Source: Desulfomonilia bacterium (lineage in GTDB: Bacteria; Desulfobacterota; Desulfomonilia; UBA1062). From it: a stretch of DNA of 64,000 bases. The stretch lies in assembly GCA_963664325.2 (NCBI GenBank), contig CAXXDQ010000006.1, forward strand, positions 64,001-128,000, read 5' to 3'. The position numbers and the translations under genes were made by a program. Position 1 is the first letter of the stretch, and each line of letters opens with the position of its first letter. The notes under the pieces were generated by a model that saw only the letters and a list, made by a program, of their open reading frames with translations, made no database searches and had not been told where the DNA came from. Of this stretch, positions 48,506 to 59,542 are shown piece by piece.

Positions 48506-49905
48506 TGGGCGGTACGGGATTCCATGTAATTCAGGGCATTCTTCAAGCGCGGAACAACTTTTGTCCCGAGGGTTGATATAATCTCGAATATTCCGGGAGA
48601 AGCGGTTTTACCTGTCAATGCAACCCTTATAGGCTGTGCGAGCTGCTTGAATTTGATGCCGCATTTTTCAAGGACATTTGAAAAAACATTCTCAGTCATC
48701 TTTCGGTCTGTAAGGTCAATTATATCAAGACCTGAGATCAATTCTCTGAAAACAGGTAACATCTCCGATGTCAGGAATTTTTCTTTCAACTCCGGCGCGG
48801 CGTCAATATCCCTGAAATAGAAGTCGCCAAAATCGATCATGTCTATTAACGTGTGAGTCCTCTCCCTTACATCTTCAACAACGTGTTCGAGAAAATTATC
48901 ATTAACGGGATCGAGCCCGGCTTCAATGACAAACGGCATGAGAAGTCGTGCAAGCCTTTTCACATCACCTGTTTTAATATAATGGTGATTAAGCCAAAGC
49001 AGCTTTTCGGGATTAAACACTGCAGCGCTTCTGCCGACATTCTGGAGATCAAACAGCTGCACAAGCTCTTCCATCGAAAAAATCTCCATATCGCCGTGTG
49101 CCCAGGACAGCCTGACAAGGTAATTTACAAGGGCTTCCGGAAGGTATCCCATTTCTTTGTAAGCCATTACGGATGTTGCACCGTGGCGCTTGGAGAGCCT
49201 TGTTTTATCGGAACCCAAGATCATGGGGACATGTGCAAATACAGGAAGCCGGAAACCAAGGGCCTCATACAGTGCAATCTGGCGCGGGGTGTTGTTCACA
49301 TGGTCGTCACCCCTGATGACATGGGTTATGTTCATGGTGGCATCGTCTATCACAACAGTAAAATTATAAGTGGGCATGTTGTCCGACCTGAGTATAATGA
49401 GATCGTCAAGTTCTGAATTATCGACACTGATCGTGCCTTTAATTACATCTTCAAAAGAAGTAATTCCTGACTTGGGCGATGCAAACCTGACAACACGGCC
49501 GGGTCCCGGGCCCAGGCCCTTGGTCCGGCATGTACCGTCATATTTGGGCTTTCCTCCTGTTTTGAGGGCTTCCTCACGCTTCCTTTCAAGATCTTCAGAC
49601 GTGCACTCACACCAGAACGCACGGCCGTTTTCAATGAGCTTCTCCACATATTCCCTGTAAAGGTCGAGCCTTTTTGACTGATAGAATGGTCCTTCGTCCC
49701 AGTCGAGATTGAGCCACTCCATTGCCTGAAGGATCTTCTGTGTATATTCATCAGTCGAGCGCTCTGCATCCGTATCTTCGATTCTGAGTATGAATTTTCC
49801 GCCTGTATGCCTTGCATAAAGCCACGCGAAAAGAGCTGTCCTTGCGCCTCCTATATGGAGGTGCCCTGTCGGTGACGGGGCGAATCTTGTTCTTGTTTCC
49901 GACAT
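48502..49905 (-). CDS. gltX: Glutamate--tRNA ligase
   Basis: RFAPSPTG.LHIGG, LRIEDTD, IRGDDH, LSKRHG. Confidence 0.97.
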   Translation of the reverse strand: MSETRTRFAPSPTGHLHIGGARTALFAWLYARHTGGKFILRIEDTDAERSTDEYTQKILQAMEWLNLDWDEGPFYQSKRLDLYREYVEKLIENGRAFWCECTSEDLERKREEALKTGGKPKYDGTCRTKGLGPGPGRVVRFASPKSGITSFEDVIKGTISVDNSELDDLIILRSDNMPTYNFTVVIDDATMNITHVIRGDDHVNNTPRQIALYEALGFRLPVFAHVPMILGSDKTRLSKRHGATSVMAYKEMGYLPEALVNYLVRLSWAHGDMEIFSMEELVQLFDLQNVGRSAAVFNPEKLLWLNHHYIKTGDVKRLARLLMPFVIEAGLDPVNDNFLEHVVEDVRERTHTLIDMIDFGDFYFRDIDAAPELKEKFLTSEMLPVFRELISGLDIIDLTDRKMTENVFSNVLEKCGIKFKQLAQPIRVALTGKTASPGIFEIISTLGTKVVPRLKNALNYMESRTAQ

Positions 49906-49907
49906 GT

Positions 49908-51824
49908 TCAATTACCCGCCCGCAATTTAATGTAGTTAAGAAGTCCGCCGGCCTTGAGCAAAGAGGCTTCCCTTTCCGAAACCGTGAGCTTTCCTTCAAT
50001 ATCTTTTCCGGATGATAAGTTCACAATCTTTATCCGGCCGGCTCCGCCAAGCACGTCAAGTATGTTCGATATCCTGATTTTATCTCCATTGTTGATGGCT
50101 GAATAGGAACTCTCATCGATCGTAACCGGCAATATGCCGAAATTGATCAGGTTGGCCCTGTGGATTCGGGCAAATGTTACCGCGAGAACGGCCTTTATGC
50201 CCAGATACATAGGAGCAATCGCGGCATGTTCACGGGAAGAACCCTGTCCGTAATTTTTTCTGGCCAGCACGCAGCCTGCTCCTGCGGTCATCGCTCTTTC
50301 AGAGAAATTATTATCAATGCCGGAAAAAACGAATTTTGATATCTTTTCAATATTGGACCTGAGGGGCAATATTTTTGAACCTGCCGGCATTATGTCGTCT
50401 GTTGTAATGTTGTCTTCCAGCTTCAGCAGAACGCTCAAATCGAGAGAATCTTCCATCTGCCCTCTCTTGGGGAAGGGCTTTATATTGGGTCCCCTTGTAA
50501 TAACGGTATTCCCATCGGCAGAGGCAGGGATGATCATGGAATCATCAACTGAAAATGCGGCAGGCATTTTTATCTTCGGATAATCTCCCAGTTCTCCCGG
50601 ATCTGTGATTGTTCCCGTAATTGCCGCAGCGACAGCCACTTCAGGGGATACCAGATAAACATCGGCGTCTTCTGTCCCCGAACGCCCCTTGAAGTTGCGG
50701 TTAAACGTCCTTAGCGAAACCCCTTTCGACCTTGGAGACTGGCCCATGCCGATGCATGGCCCGCAGGCACTCTCCAATACCCTTGCCCCGGATGCGATTA
50801 TATCTGTCAGAGCACCCTTTTCCGCAAGCATTGAAAGAACCTGTTTGGAACCCGGGGCTATACCCAGGCTTACATTTGGGTGGACAGATCTGCCCTTTAA
50901 CACCGCCGCAACGGTAAGCATGTCCTTGAGCGATGAGTTGGTACATGAGCCTATGAGAACCTGATCAACCCTTTTACCTTTCAATGCTGAAATTTTCTCC
51001 ACCCTGTCAGGGCTGTGGGGGCAAGCCGCAAGAGGTTCAAGCCGGCTGAGATCAATCTCGATTACTTCATCATAGGCGGCATCTTCATCTGCCTTGAGTT
51101 CAACCCATATTCCCCCTCTTTTCTGAGCCTTAAGAAAGGCCCTGGTGGTCTCGTCACTCGGAAATACAGATGAAGTTGCGCCGAGTTCGGCGCCCATATT
51201 GGTAATGGTCGCACGTTCCGGGACGCTGAGGTTTTTAACGCCCGGCCCTGTGTATTCGATGATCTTTCCCACTCCGCCTTTGACGGTAAGCCTTTTCAGG
51301 ATTTCAAGAATAATGTCCTTGGCGCTGACCCAGGGCCTAAGGCTGCCTGAGAGCTTTATTCCTAGGGTTTCCGGTTTCGGGATATAAAAGGGCATTCCCG
51401 CCATTGCTGCGGCAACATCAAGACCGCCCGCACCTATTGCCAGCATGCCTATGCCGCCGCCGGTCGGGGTATGGCTGTCTGAACCGAGCAGAGTTTTACC
51501 CGGAACGCCAAAGCGTTCCAGATGCACCTGATGGCATATGCCGTTCCCGGGTCTTGAAAAGCAGATGCCGTATTTTGCTGCAATGTCCTGCAGAAAACGG
51601 TGGTCATCCGCGTTTTCGAAACCGGTCTGGAGCGTATTGTGATCGACATAGCTCACCGAGAGCTCGGTTTTGACAGTGTCAATGCCGATGGCCTCGAATT
51701 CGAGATAAGCCATGGTACCCGTTGCATCCTGTGTGAGCGTCTGATCAATCCTCAATCCTATCTCGTCTGGAGTTTCATCAACCTTATGAGAATCAATAAT
51801 CTTTTGTGCTATCGTACCGGCCAT
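49908..51824 (-). CDS. Aconitate hydratase (short ~640 aa type)
   Basis: TQDATGT, DHN, GICHQ, GSDSHT, GSCTN, CGPCIG, RNF.GR, TTD, GSSREHAA. Confidence 0.92.
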   Translation of the reverse strand: MAGTIAQKIIDSHKVDETPDEIGLRIDQTLTQDATGTMAYLEFEAIGIDTVKTELSVSYVDHNTLQTGFENADDHRFLQDIAAKYGICFSRPGNGICHQVHLERFGVPGKTLLGSDSHTPTGGGIGMLAIGAGGLDVAAAMAGMPFYIPKPETLGIKLSGSLRPWVSAKDIILEILKRLTVKGGVGKIIEYTGPGVKNLSVPERATITNMGAELGATSSVFPSDETTRAFLKAQKRGGIWVELKADEDAAYDEVIEIDLSRLEPLAACPHSPDRVEKISALKGKRVDQVLIGSCTNSSLKDMLTVAAVLKGRSVHPNVSLGIAPGSKQVLSMLAEKGALTDIIASGARVLESACGPCIGMGQSPRSKGVSLRTFNRNFKGRSGTEDADVYLVSPEVAVAAAITGTITDPGELGDYPKIKMPAAFSVDDSMIIPASADGNTVITRGPNIKPFPKRGQMEDSLDLSVLLKLEDNITTDDIMPAGSKILPLRSNIEKISKFVFSGIDNNFSERAMTAGAGCVLARKNYGQGSSREHAAIAPMYLGIKAVLAVTFARIHRANLINFGILPVTIDESSYSAINNGDKIRISNILDVLGGAGRIKIVNLSSGKDIEGKLTVSEREASLLKAGGLLNYIKLRAGN

Positions 51825-51968
51825 GATAACCTCTTAAATGGTTTAAAAAGTGAATTATGTCTAATTGATAAGGCTGATTGCGTCAATGACATTCGGGGAT
51901 ATTTTTTAAAGACTATAGTTTATTAAAAAGATGGCCGAAAAGTACTTTAAACTATTGATGGGAAGGGT

Positions 51969-52712
51969 ATGAAGATAGAAATACTCGGATGCAGCGGCGC
52001 TGCAGCAAAGGGATTTAATACTACAAGTATACTGATTAACCAGGAAGTGCTGATTGATGCCGGCTCTGCAGCCTCAGTGCTTGATGAAAAAAGACTGTCC
52101 GGCATCCGGCATATCCTCTTGACCCATTCCCATATTGACCATATAAAAGAGCTCCCTTTCATACTTGACGTAGCATGCTTCGGAAAAGGGGAGGGTATCG
52201 ATATCTGGGGAAGCGGTATCACACTGAATGCTTTAAGAAAACACCTGTTCAATGGAATATTATGGCCGAAGTTGAAACAGCTCGGGCTTGATAATTCTTC
52301 ATGCAGGTTTATTACTTTGCCGAAAGACGATTTTGATTTAAACGGGTTAGTTGTAAAAAGTTTTAAATCCGAACATATTAACGGGGCAAGGTCCTTTATG
52401 ATTTCGGAAGGCGACAAGCATGTAATATTCAGCGGGGATACCTCATATTTTCCGAGGCTCTTTAACCTGGCCGCTTCTCTTTCAGGAAGATTAAAATTAT
52501 TTTTTGTTGAAACATCATTTCCTGACAGGATGATTGAGGTGGCAAGACTTACTGGGCATCTGACCCCATCAATTATAGGCAGGGAACTGCACCGTTTCAA
52601 AAAGACAAGGATTATTGCATACCATATAAAACCGCGTTATTTTGAAGAGGTGGCAAAGGATATGCCTGAAGGTATGGGATATGTAAAAGGAGGGGAGGTA
52701 TTCAACATTTGA
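51969..52712 (+). CDS. MBL-fold cyclic-nucleotide phosphodiesterase (class II-like)
   Basis: ILGCSG, IDAG, LTHSHIDH, FNGILWP, SGDT, ETSFP, HLTP, YHIKP. Confidence 0.78.
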   Translation: MKIEILGCSGAAAKGFNTTSILINQEVLIDAGSAASVLDEKRLSGIRHILLTHSHIDHIKELPFILDVACFGKGEGIDIWGSGITLNALRKHLFNGILWPKLKQLGLDNSSCRFITLPKDDFDLNGLVVKSFKSEHINGARSFMISEGDKHVIFSGDTSYFPRLFNLAASLSGRLKLFFVETSFPDRMIEVARLTGHLTPSIIGRELHRFKKTRIIAYHIKPRYFEEVAKDMPEGMGYVKGGEVFNI

Positions 52713-53446
52713 CGGAAATTCTTGATATAGCAAAAAAAGACGGAAGATGGACTGAATGTCCGTCCTGCAAGGAAATAAGCATAACATCGAAACTCAAAGA
52801 AAACCTCTACATCTGTCCGCACTGTGACTTCCATTTCAGGGTCAGTCCGCAAGACCGTATTATGATGACATGCGGCAGCGGCGGATTCAATGAAATCGAG
52901 TTTTCCTTGTCGGGTTCAGGCCTTTCCGAAAGGGAAGAAGGTTTCAGGGGCTACAAGGCATCAATTAAAGGGCAGGAATGCGTTATCGGTATAATGGATT
53001 TCAGTTTTATGGGAGGCACCATGGGAACGGCCCTCGGACAGGCTGTTATAGCCATGCTGGAATTTTCAAGCAGGGAAAAAACTCCTGCAGTCGTATTCTG
53101 CGCATCGGGCGGGGTCAGGGTACAGGAAGGCATATGGGGCCTGATGCAGATGTTGAGAACCGTATGCAGAAAAAATATGTCAAACACGCCTCTGATAACT
53201 GTTTATACGGATCCCTGTTATGGCGGGGTCACGGCAAGTTTCTCGTCTCATGCTGATTTTATTATCGCCGAGCAGGGCGCAAGGATCGGCTTTGCAGGGC
53301 CGAGAGTAATTGAGACTACGACGCATGCGGAACTCCCGGAAGATTTTCAGACGGCATCCCGCATGCTTTCGAACGGTTTTATAGATGCAGTTGTACACAG
53401 GCGTGATTTACCGCAGACCCTCTCGAATATCCTAAGATGGCTTTAA
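52709..53446 (+). CDS. accD: Acetyl-CoA carboxylase carboxyltransferase beta subunit
   Basis: Zn finger WTECPSC..CPHC, FMGGTMG, SGGVRVQEG, GGVTASF, GFAGPRVIE; upstream of folC. Confidence 0.9.
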   Translation: MTEILDIAKKDGRWTECPSCKEISITSKLKENLYICPHCDFHFRVSPQDRIMMTCGSGGFNEIEFSLSGSGLSEREEGFRGYKASIKGQECVIGIMDFSFMGGTMGTALGQAVIAMLEFSSREKTPAVVFCASGGVRVQEGIWGLMQMLRTVCRKNMSNTPLITVYTDPCYGGVTASFSSHADFIIAEQGARIGFAGPRVIETTTHAELPEDFQTASRMLSNGFIDAVVHRRDLPQTLSNILRWL

Positions 53447-54597
53447 ACAATATTGACCAGAACCGGTGGATTCCCGGTCTGGAGCGGGTCAAGAAAGCCC
53501 TTGATATCCTGGGTCACCCTGAAAGAAGCTACCGTCATGTCCTTATCGGAGGCACTAACGGAAAAGGGTCCACATGCATATATCTGGAACGTCTGCTGAT
53601 TGAGGCGGGCCGGAAAACAGGTGTCACAATGTCACCTCATATAAGCAATTATACGGAAAGGTTCAGGCTCAATGGACGGGATTCGACACAAAAGGAAATC
53701 GAAGACACTGAAGTGGAAATATTTCCCCTGATTAAAGAAATCGGTCTTACATATTTTGAAATGACGGTTGTTCTGGCCGCCCGGCTTTTTCAAAAATCCG
53801 GTGTGGATGTCGGTATTTTCGAGATCGGGCTTGGAGGCAGGCTTGATGCTGCAAACGTACTTGATCCCTGTCTTTCAATAATAACAAATATTTCACTGGA
53901 TCATACGGATTACCTGGGATCAGGTATACCTGACATCGCAGCGGAGAAGGCCGCCATTGCAAGAAGCGGCAGGCCGCTTATAACGTCGGCTGAAGAGGGG
54001 CTTGATGTTATAAAAAATTATTCAGAAAAGATCGGTTCAGAATTAATAATCGTAGATCGGCCAGCAGGTTTCAAAGCCGGAATTGAGGGTCTTTATCAGC
54101 CCCTCAATGCTTCTCTTGCAATACGGGCTTTTAAAGAGCTTGGCTTCGAACTTGATGAAGAAAGTACAAAATCCGCCATCGGCAATTCCTGGCTTGCCGG
54201 AAGGATTGAACATGCAGGCAGGGTCATACTAGATGTAGCACACAACAGCGCTTCTATGTTATGCCTGTGCGAGTATCTCCGGGAAAGGAAATTTGCAGGC
54301 ATCGGAGTGCTGGGCATCCTGAAGGATAAAGATTTCACAACTATGACCAAGATGCTTTCAGGGGTTTGTTCCAGGATTTATATTGCTCCTCCTGATTCGC
54401 CCAGGTCATGGGGAAAAACAGAAATGGAGCAGGTTGCCGGGATGGAGGCTGTTCATGTGTTTCCTTCCCTGACGGACGCTTTTAACGAAGCATACAATAT
54501 GTCCGAAGAGGTTGTTGTAACAGGTTCATTCTATACTGTGAGCGAAATAAGGGAACGTTTGATATGCAAAGGCTGGCTTATTTATGGGCAATCCTGA
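53437..54597 (+). CDS. folC: Dihydrofolate/folylpolyglutamate synthase
   Basis: GTNGKGS, SPH..ER, TYFE, EIGLGGRLDA, DH..LG, EKA, LDVAHN, TGSFY. Confidence 0.93.
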   Translation: MALNNIDQNRWIPGLERVKKALDILGHPERSYRHVLIGGTNGKGSTCIYLERLLIEAGRKTGVTMSPHISNYTERFRLNGRDSTQKEIEDTEVEIFPLIKEIGLTYFEMTVVLAARLFQKSGVDVGIFEIGLGGRLDAANVLDPCLSIITNISLDHTDYLGSGIPDIAAEKAAIARSGRPLITSAEEGLDVIKNYSEKIGSELIIVDRPAGFKAGIEGLYQPLNASLAIRAFKELGFELDEESTKSAIGNSWLAGRIEHAGRVILDVAHNSASMLCLCEYLRERKFAGIGVLGILKDKDFTTMTKMLSGVCSRIYIAPPDSPRSWGKTEMEQVAGMEAVHVFPSLTDAFNEAYNMSEEVVVTGSFYTVSEIRERLICKGWLIYGQS

Positions 54598-56696
54598 TAT
54601 TTTTTATTATGCCGGTATGTCTTTTCGGCGAAGAGCTCGATATCGAAGCCGATAAGGTTGAGAAGTCCGGCAACAGAATTGAAGCCTCGGGAAATGTTGC
54701 CGTCAGAAGTAAAGACGGCATGACTCTGACTTGCAATTACATGAATTATGACTCTGTAAGCAATGATATATCGGCATCCGGAGATTGCTATCTGAAAGAC
54801 CCCAAGGGGGAAATCAGGGCGGAATCCGTTACATACAATACCAGGAGAAAAGATGCATATGTAACTGACGGGTATGTCTATGGATATGAGGAACCCTTTA
54901 AAATCTGGGGCAGCAAGATCACCCGTTACAGCAACAACGTGTACCTTGGGGACAAGATAAGATACAGCCCCTGCACATCGGAAACACCCTCATGGTCTAT
55001 CAAGGCAGGCCACCTTGATGTCCCTGTCGAAGGATACGGTAAGGCGAAACATGCCTGGTTTTACGTGCGAGATGTGCCTGTCTTTTATTTCCCCTATTTT
55101 TACTTTCCAGCAAAACTGGAAAGACAGACAGGTGTTTTGTTCCCGAAGGTAGGCAGTATGAGCGACACGGGGCTGTATGGCGGCCTGCCCGTGTATATTA
55201 CACTCGGCCGCTCGGCTGACGTGACATTAACCCCGACATGGCTGGAAAAGCGCGGATTGCTCATGGCAGGTGAACTGAGATATGTACTGGATTATAAGAA
55301 AAAGGGTTTTCTGTATCTAGAAGGATTGAGGGACAAATGGGGGGGGGACGTCTCGGATTCGGGCGTTGAGCCCATCGTGCCATACAGCAGGTGGTATATC
55401 AAGGCGAGTAATACCGGCGGTGATCTGACCTGGAATATAAATCTGCCCAGCAATTCCGATTATTTCAGAGACATAGGACCGCTTTACCCGTTTGAGAGTG
55501 ATCAGAATTCATTCTGGATCGGAGAACAGCAGAGCAGGACAGAGGAGGCAGTATCCCGGATGGAATGGCTCAAGACTTACGGCAAGTTTACATTTGATGT
55601 TGCCGGCCAGTGGAAAAAGGATCTGACAACTCCTGATAACAGCTACACTATCCAGCAGCTTCCAAACGCCAGGATCAAGATGTCCCAGTTGAAAATTCCA
55701 AAGACCCCACTCTACATTTCTGCCGATATCAATTCCATATATGTCTATTCAGAGAATTCAGCCCAGGGTATAAAAGATTATGCAAATGCCGAACTGTCCC
55801 TTCCGATCAATCTTTTACCCTATGTCACCATCAGGCCCTTTTACCAGGAGATTTACAGGGATACGCACTTCAAGCAGAAAGGGCCTTCATATGAGGATTT
55901 TGACAGCGATATAGAGGAAAACTGGAATAAAAGAGGGATTACTCTTACATCATCCGTGTATAGCCCCAGGTTTTACAAAGAATGGTACCATCAAATGGTC
56001 CCGTCGATCGACTGGACAGGCTTGTGGAAATTTAACGGCAATTACAGTGTGCCGCCCGGTGACCCGAACTATCCGTATCCGATAATCCTTTCCGATGACG
56101 GATGGCAGAAAACAGATGATATCAAGCCCGCTCTTTCGAATTACATCAGGGATGAAAACGGCAACTCAATCCTGGAACTGACGCTCAACAGGACATACAG
56201 CTTTGTAAATGAGGATTGGGGATACTATAATGGCATATTCAGGTTCAGTCCATGGCCCTGGTTCTATTTTGAACATACCAACACTTTCGGAGAAGACGAG
56301 CATAACGCGTTCATATCACAGCAGAACAAGACAAGGCTTTATTTTGTCGACAAGAGGACAGATGAATTAACCCTGACCTCCGAATATCTGAGGCCCGCGG
56401 AAGGCGACAATGCAAACAACCTCTATGGAAATGCAAAGCTTTATATTCTGGGAGGGCTGTGGCTGTTTTTTGAAGGCAAGTATAACTTTGCAGACGACAG
56501 GTTTGAATTCTTCAGGCAGGGGATCGACTACCAGTCCCAGTGCTGGGGAATAACGGGTTCCGTGCAGGTCGAACCGTCATATAACCTGGATGAAACGCAA
56601 ACCGTACCGACAAAGACGACATTCGCCCTGACAGTTAAATTACTCGGCCTCGGGGACATATCCGGCAAGCACAGTGAAACAGCCGGAGGGAATTGA
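54564..56696 (+). CDS. lptD: LPS assembly protein LptD
   Basis: Signal peptide, IEAD beta-jellyroll, C..PSW, VPVFYFPY..RQTG.LFP, Y.SQCW. Confidence 0.85.
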   Translation: MQRLAYLWAILIFFIMPVCLFGEELDIEADKVEKSGNRIEASGNVAVRSKDGMTLTCNYMNYDSVSNDISASGDCYLKDPKGEIRAESVTYNTRRKDAYVTDGYVYGYEEPFKIWGSKITRYSNNVYLGDKIRYSPCTSETPSWSIKAGHLDVPVEGYGKAKHAWFYVRDVPVFYFPYFYFPAKLERQTGVLFPKVGSMSDTGLYGGLPVYITLGRSADVTLTPTWLEKRGLLMAGELRYVLDYKKKGFLYLEGLRDKWGGDVSDSGVEPIVPYSRWYIKASNTGGDLTWNINLPSNSDYFRDIGPLYPFESDQNSFWIGEQQSRTEEAVSRMEWLKTYGKFTFDVAGQWKKDLTTPDNSYTIQQLPNARIKMSQLKIPKTPLYISADINSIYVYSENSAQGIKDYANAELSLPINLLPYVTIRPFYQEIYRDTHFKQKGPSYEDFDSDIEENWNKRGITLTSSVYSPRFYKEWYHQMVPSIDWTGLWKFNGNYSVPPGDPNYPYPIILSDDGWQKTDDIKPALSNYIRDENGNSILELTLNRTYSFVNEDWGYYNGIFRFSPWPWFYFEHTNTFGEDEHNAFISQQNKTRLYFVDKRTDELTLTSEYLRPAEGDNANNLYGNAKLYILGGLWLFFEGKYNFADDRFEFFRQGIDYQSQCWGITGSVQVEPSYNLDETQTVPTKTTFALTVKLLGLGDISGKHSETAGGN

Positions 56697-57250
56697 TAAT
56701 AGTGATCCCTTCTAGAAAATGGGCATATGACCTCATACGGCTGAAGCAGATGCCGGAGCATATCTTCAATCACAGCAGGACCGTGGAAAGCATAGCCATG
56801 ATGATAGCTTCTCATCTGCAGGATAAAATCAATATCAGGCTTGTTGGGATGGGGGCTCTGCTTCATGATATCTGTAAAATTGATTCGATCCATACGGGAC
56901 AGGACCACGCAAGAATGGGAGGCAGGCTTCTTGATATACTTGATTGCCCAGAACTGGCCTCAATTGTCAGGCAGCATGTGAACCTCGAGTCTGATGAACT
57001 TAATGAGGCCATGATTGTAAACTATGCGGACAAAAGGGTCATGCATGAAGAAGTGGTGTCACTTTCGAGACGTTATACGGATTTGATGGAAAGATACGGA
57101 AAAGATGAAAAAAGGCAGGAACGGATATTTAATCTGTATGCAAAAAGCCTTGAAAACGAAAAAATTATAATCAAGGCGACAGGGATCAATATCGAGGAGC
57201 TGGACTATCTGACCCTGATAAAGGGAGATGTTTCTCTAAGCTCTGATTAA
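56693..57250 (+). CDS. HD domain phosphohydrolase
   Basis: MP.HI..HS, GALLHDICK, H, QHV, IVNYADKRV. Confidence 0.82.
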   Translation: MIIVIPSRKWAYDLIRLKQMPEHIFNHSRTVESIAMMIASHLQDKINIRLVGMGALLHDICKIDSIHTGQDHARMGGRLLDILDCPELASIVRQHVNLESDELNEAMIVNYADKRVMHEEVVSLSRRYTDLMERYGKDEKRQERIFNLYAKSLENEKIIIKATGINIEELDYLTLIKGDVSLSSD

Positions 57251-57309
57251 AATACCGGTACACAAGACAGAGTTTCTCAATCATCGACAACAAGAATCTG
57301 TTCAGGCTT

Positions 57310-58059
57310 TCATTTATCTTCCAGCCTTCGAAGTGCCATAACAAGGGATGTCCTTATCCGTATGAATGAATCTGTGAAAACCGCCAGTTCCTTTCCCTTT
57401 GATACAGGCGGCTCGGCATTCAGGTTGCCAAGGCTCAGGGCCTTCATGCTTTTAGAAAATTTTGATAAATAGCCGGCTACCGCCAAGGTTGTTAAAAATG
57501 ACAGGACAATGGATATCAGTATGCCGATAACGGCCATAATAATTAAATTTCTATATATATCCGAAGACATATTATTCATTGCGTCGAATTGAGAGCCGAT
57601 AAGATTTTTTTCCCATGTTTTTGGCTTCAGTCCGATAATGAAAGTATTTGCCTGATACGGGACGACAGCAACTATGTAGTCTTTTGATCTGATTACAGCC
57701 GGTTTCATGCTCTTCATCTGCCCCAGAATCGCTTTCGCCTGGTCGAGCAGACCGGGGATGGTATAAATATATTTTCCTTTGCTGCTTTTGTTGGTCGATG
57801 CAAGTATTGCAAGATCGTCTGAATTCACAGTCATTATTTCCGCCCATGATGAAGGCAGTTTAAGGTTTTCATAAGACGAAGGCGGTACTAGATTGATGAT
57901 CGAGGACATGATCTGGGAATTTTCATTATAGAGCTTTTCGGTGATACCATCCGTATTTATTCTTTTGATTGACGACATTTCGAGAAGAACGGCAGTTAAG
58001 GATCCTGCAAGTACAAGAATAAAACCCGCCAGGGAAGTGATGAATATTTTTTTCTTCAT
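57310..58059 (-). CDS. Membrane protein, TM-periplasmic-TM-HAMP with no output domain
   Basis: Two TM helices; C-terminal HAMP-like LSLGNL..EL..SFIRIRTSL. Confidence 0.65.
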   Translation of the reverse strand: MKKKIFITSLAGFILVLAGSLTAVLLEMSSIKRINTDGITEKLYNENSQIMSSIINLVPPSSYENLKLPSSWAEIMTVNSDDLAILASTNKSSKGKYIYTIPGLLDQAKAILGQMKSMKPAVIRSKDYIVAVVPYQANTFIIGLKPKTWEKNLIGSQFDAMNNMSSDIYRNLIIMAVIGILISIVLSFLTTLAVAGYLSKFSKSMKALSLGNLNAEPPVSKGKELAVFTDSFIRIRTSLVMALRRLEDK

Positions 58060-58886
58060 GATTGACCATCTCCGGGCTTCAGCCAGCCTTCCATTTTACT
58101 CAGGAAACTCTTTGCGAGTTTCCCTTCGGGCATTTTGGAGTGCAGTTTTTTTACAAACGCTTCGCGCTGAACGATGTCTTCGTTTGAAATATCCAGGCCT
58201 GTTTCGGATACAGTCTCAAGAATTATGTGGGGTGCCACCGGCCCTATTGCCATTGTCAGGTTTTCGATGAGCGCTGATACGTACGGGGTGTCCGGCAGCT
58301 CTGTTTTGTGTTCCCTGGGCGAAGGTTCCTTCTTTTCAGGTTCTATTTTTTCAGCTTCTTTGATAACTCCAAGTCTGAAAAGTGTATAGAATACCTTCAT
58401 TACATCCGAGTCTGTCACCCCAAGAGATTTGGCGATCTGTGAGATGGACTTTTCCCCGTCTATTTGGGTAAGTATCTTCCACTGGATTGCCTTCAATACT
58501 ATCTCTTTCTCCCGGATCTCGGGATCGAGCGAAAAGACCACATTTGCAGAAGGTATGAGGGAAGCTATTTTATCCATCTGCTTGATCCTGGTCTCGGTCT
58601 CCCTGAGGATATCCTCCGTCGGCTGGTTGATGGTTATTAAATCGGTTGATTCGTCAATAAAAAATTTATAGCTGCCCGATGACCAGGCGGCCATTTCATA
58701 TATCGCTTTTACACCTTCGAGCTGACCGCATTTTGCATGAACCAGCCTGCCGTCATTGAAATAGACTGACCCCGTTTCGGATCCGCTGGTGAGCAGCAGC
58801 CTGCCGCCCCTTTTCCCCAGGGAAAGGATCTTTATAATTTCAGAACACCTGCTGGTCTCAAGGTCGCCCTGAAGATCTTCACTCAT
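58056..58886 (-). CDS. DUF4388/PATAN domain protein with HTH-like region
   Basis: LQGDL..EII..L..KRGG.L..G.VYF.DG.LVHA..W.SG.Y.F; W.ILTQIDG.KSI.QIA; IGPVA. Confidence 0.78.
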   Translation of the reverse strand: MSEDLQGDLETSRCSEIIKILSLGKRGGRLLLTSGSETGSVYFNDGRLVHAKCGQLEGVKAIYEMAAWSSGSYKFFIDESTDLITINQPTEDILRETETRIKQMDKIASLIPSANVVFSLDPEIREKEIVLKAIQWKILTQIDGEKSISQIAKSLGVTDSDVMKVFYTLFRLGVIKEAEKIEPEKKEPSPREHKTELPDTPYVSALIENLTMAIGPVAPHIILETVSETGLDISNEDIVQREAFVKKLHSKMPEGKLAKSFLSKMEGWLKPGDGQS

Positions 58887-59179
58887 ACAATACCCTCCTT
58901 GGTCAGGTCGGCATAAATAATTTTATCTGTAATCCTGACGGAGAAATGTTCTTTAATGCTTTTTATGCTAAGTCCAGAATCAGGTTTGATCCGGACACTG
59001 TTGCTTCCTGCAAAGATCGAATCCGGCATTTCCGGTATTTTTAAAGGGTTTTTGTGTGTCCCGTTCATACAAAAGAGCGTATCGGCAGCAAAAAACCAAG
59101 TCTTTAGCCTGTTATTTTATTAAATGTAACCGTAAAGCAAAATATCATTGCGCCGATAAGTTTTATAGAAGGAGTTGGC

Positions 59180-59455
59180 ATGATTAGCAGCATAGTTAAG
59201 ATGATTTTCAAAAGTTTCTCCAGGTGCTTGAGAATAATTAAACAATATTTGAGAGGTCCTTCGGAGAGGATAGACCTGTCCGATATTTTCCCGCTGGGCA
59301 TTGAAGATGTCATAAAGAGCGGACATTATGAAAAGCGATTCAGGCTATGCAAATCAGATGATGAATATAACAAAGAGGTTGTGGATTATTACAGGTGTCA
59401 CTGGGACTCCTTTTTCCTTGATCAAAATAACAGGGACGGTCATTTCAGAGCCTGA
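59180..59455 (+). CDS. Hypothetical protein
   Basis: AAGGAG RBS, 91-aa ORF filling the gap; no recognisable motif. Confidence 0.45.
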   Translation: MISSIVKMIFKSFSRCLRIIKQYLRGPSERIDLSDIFPLGIEDVIKSGHYEKRFRLCKSDDEYNKEVVDYYRCHWDSFFLDQNNRDGHFRA

Positions 59456-59542
59456 ACTGTCCGGGGACTGATTATTAAATCTTGAGGATGCCTGAACTTT
59501 GCATTATACCTTTCATACCAAATCATTGCGGAGGATCATCTG

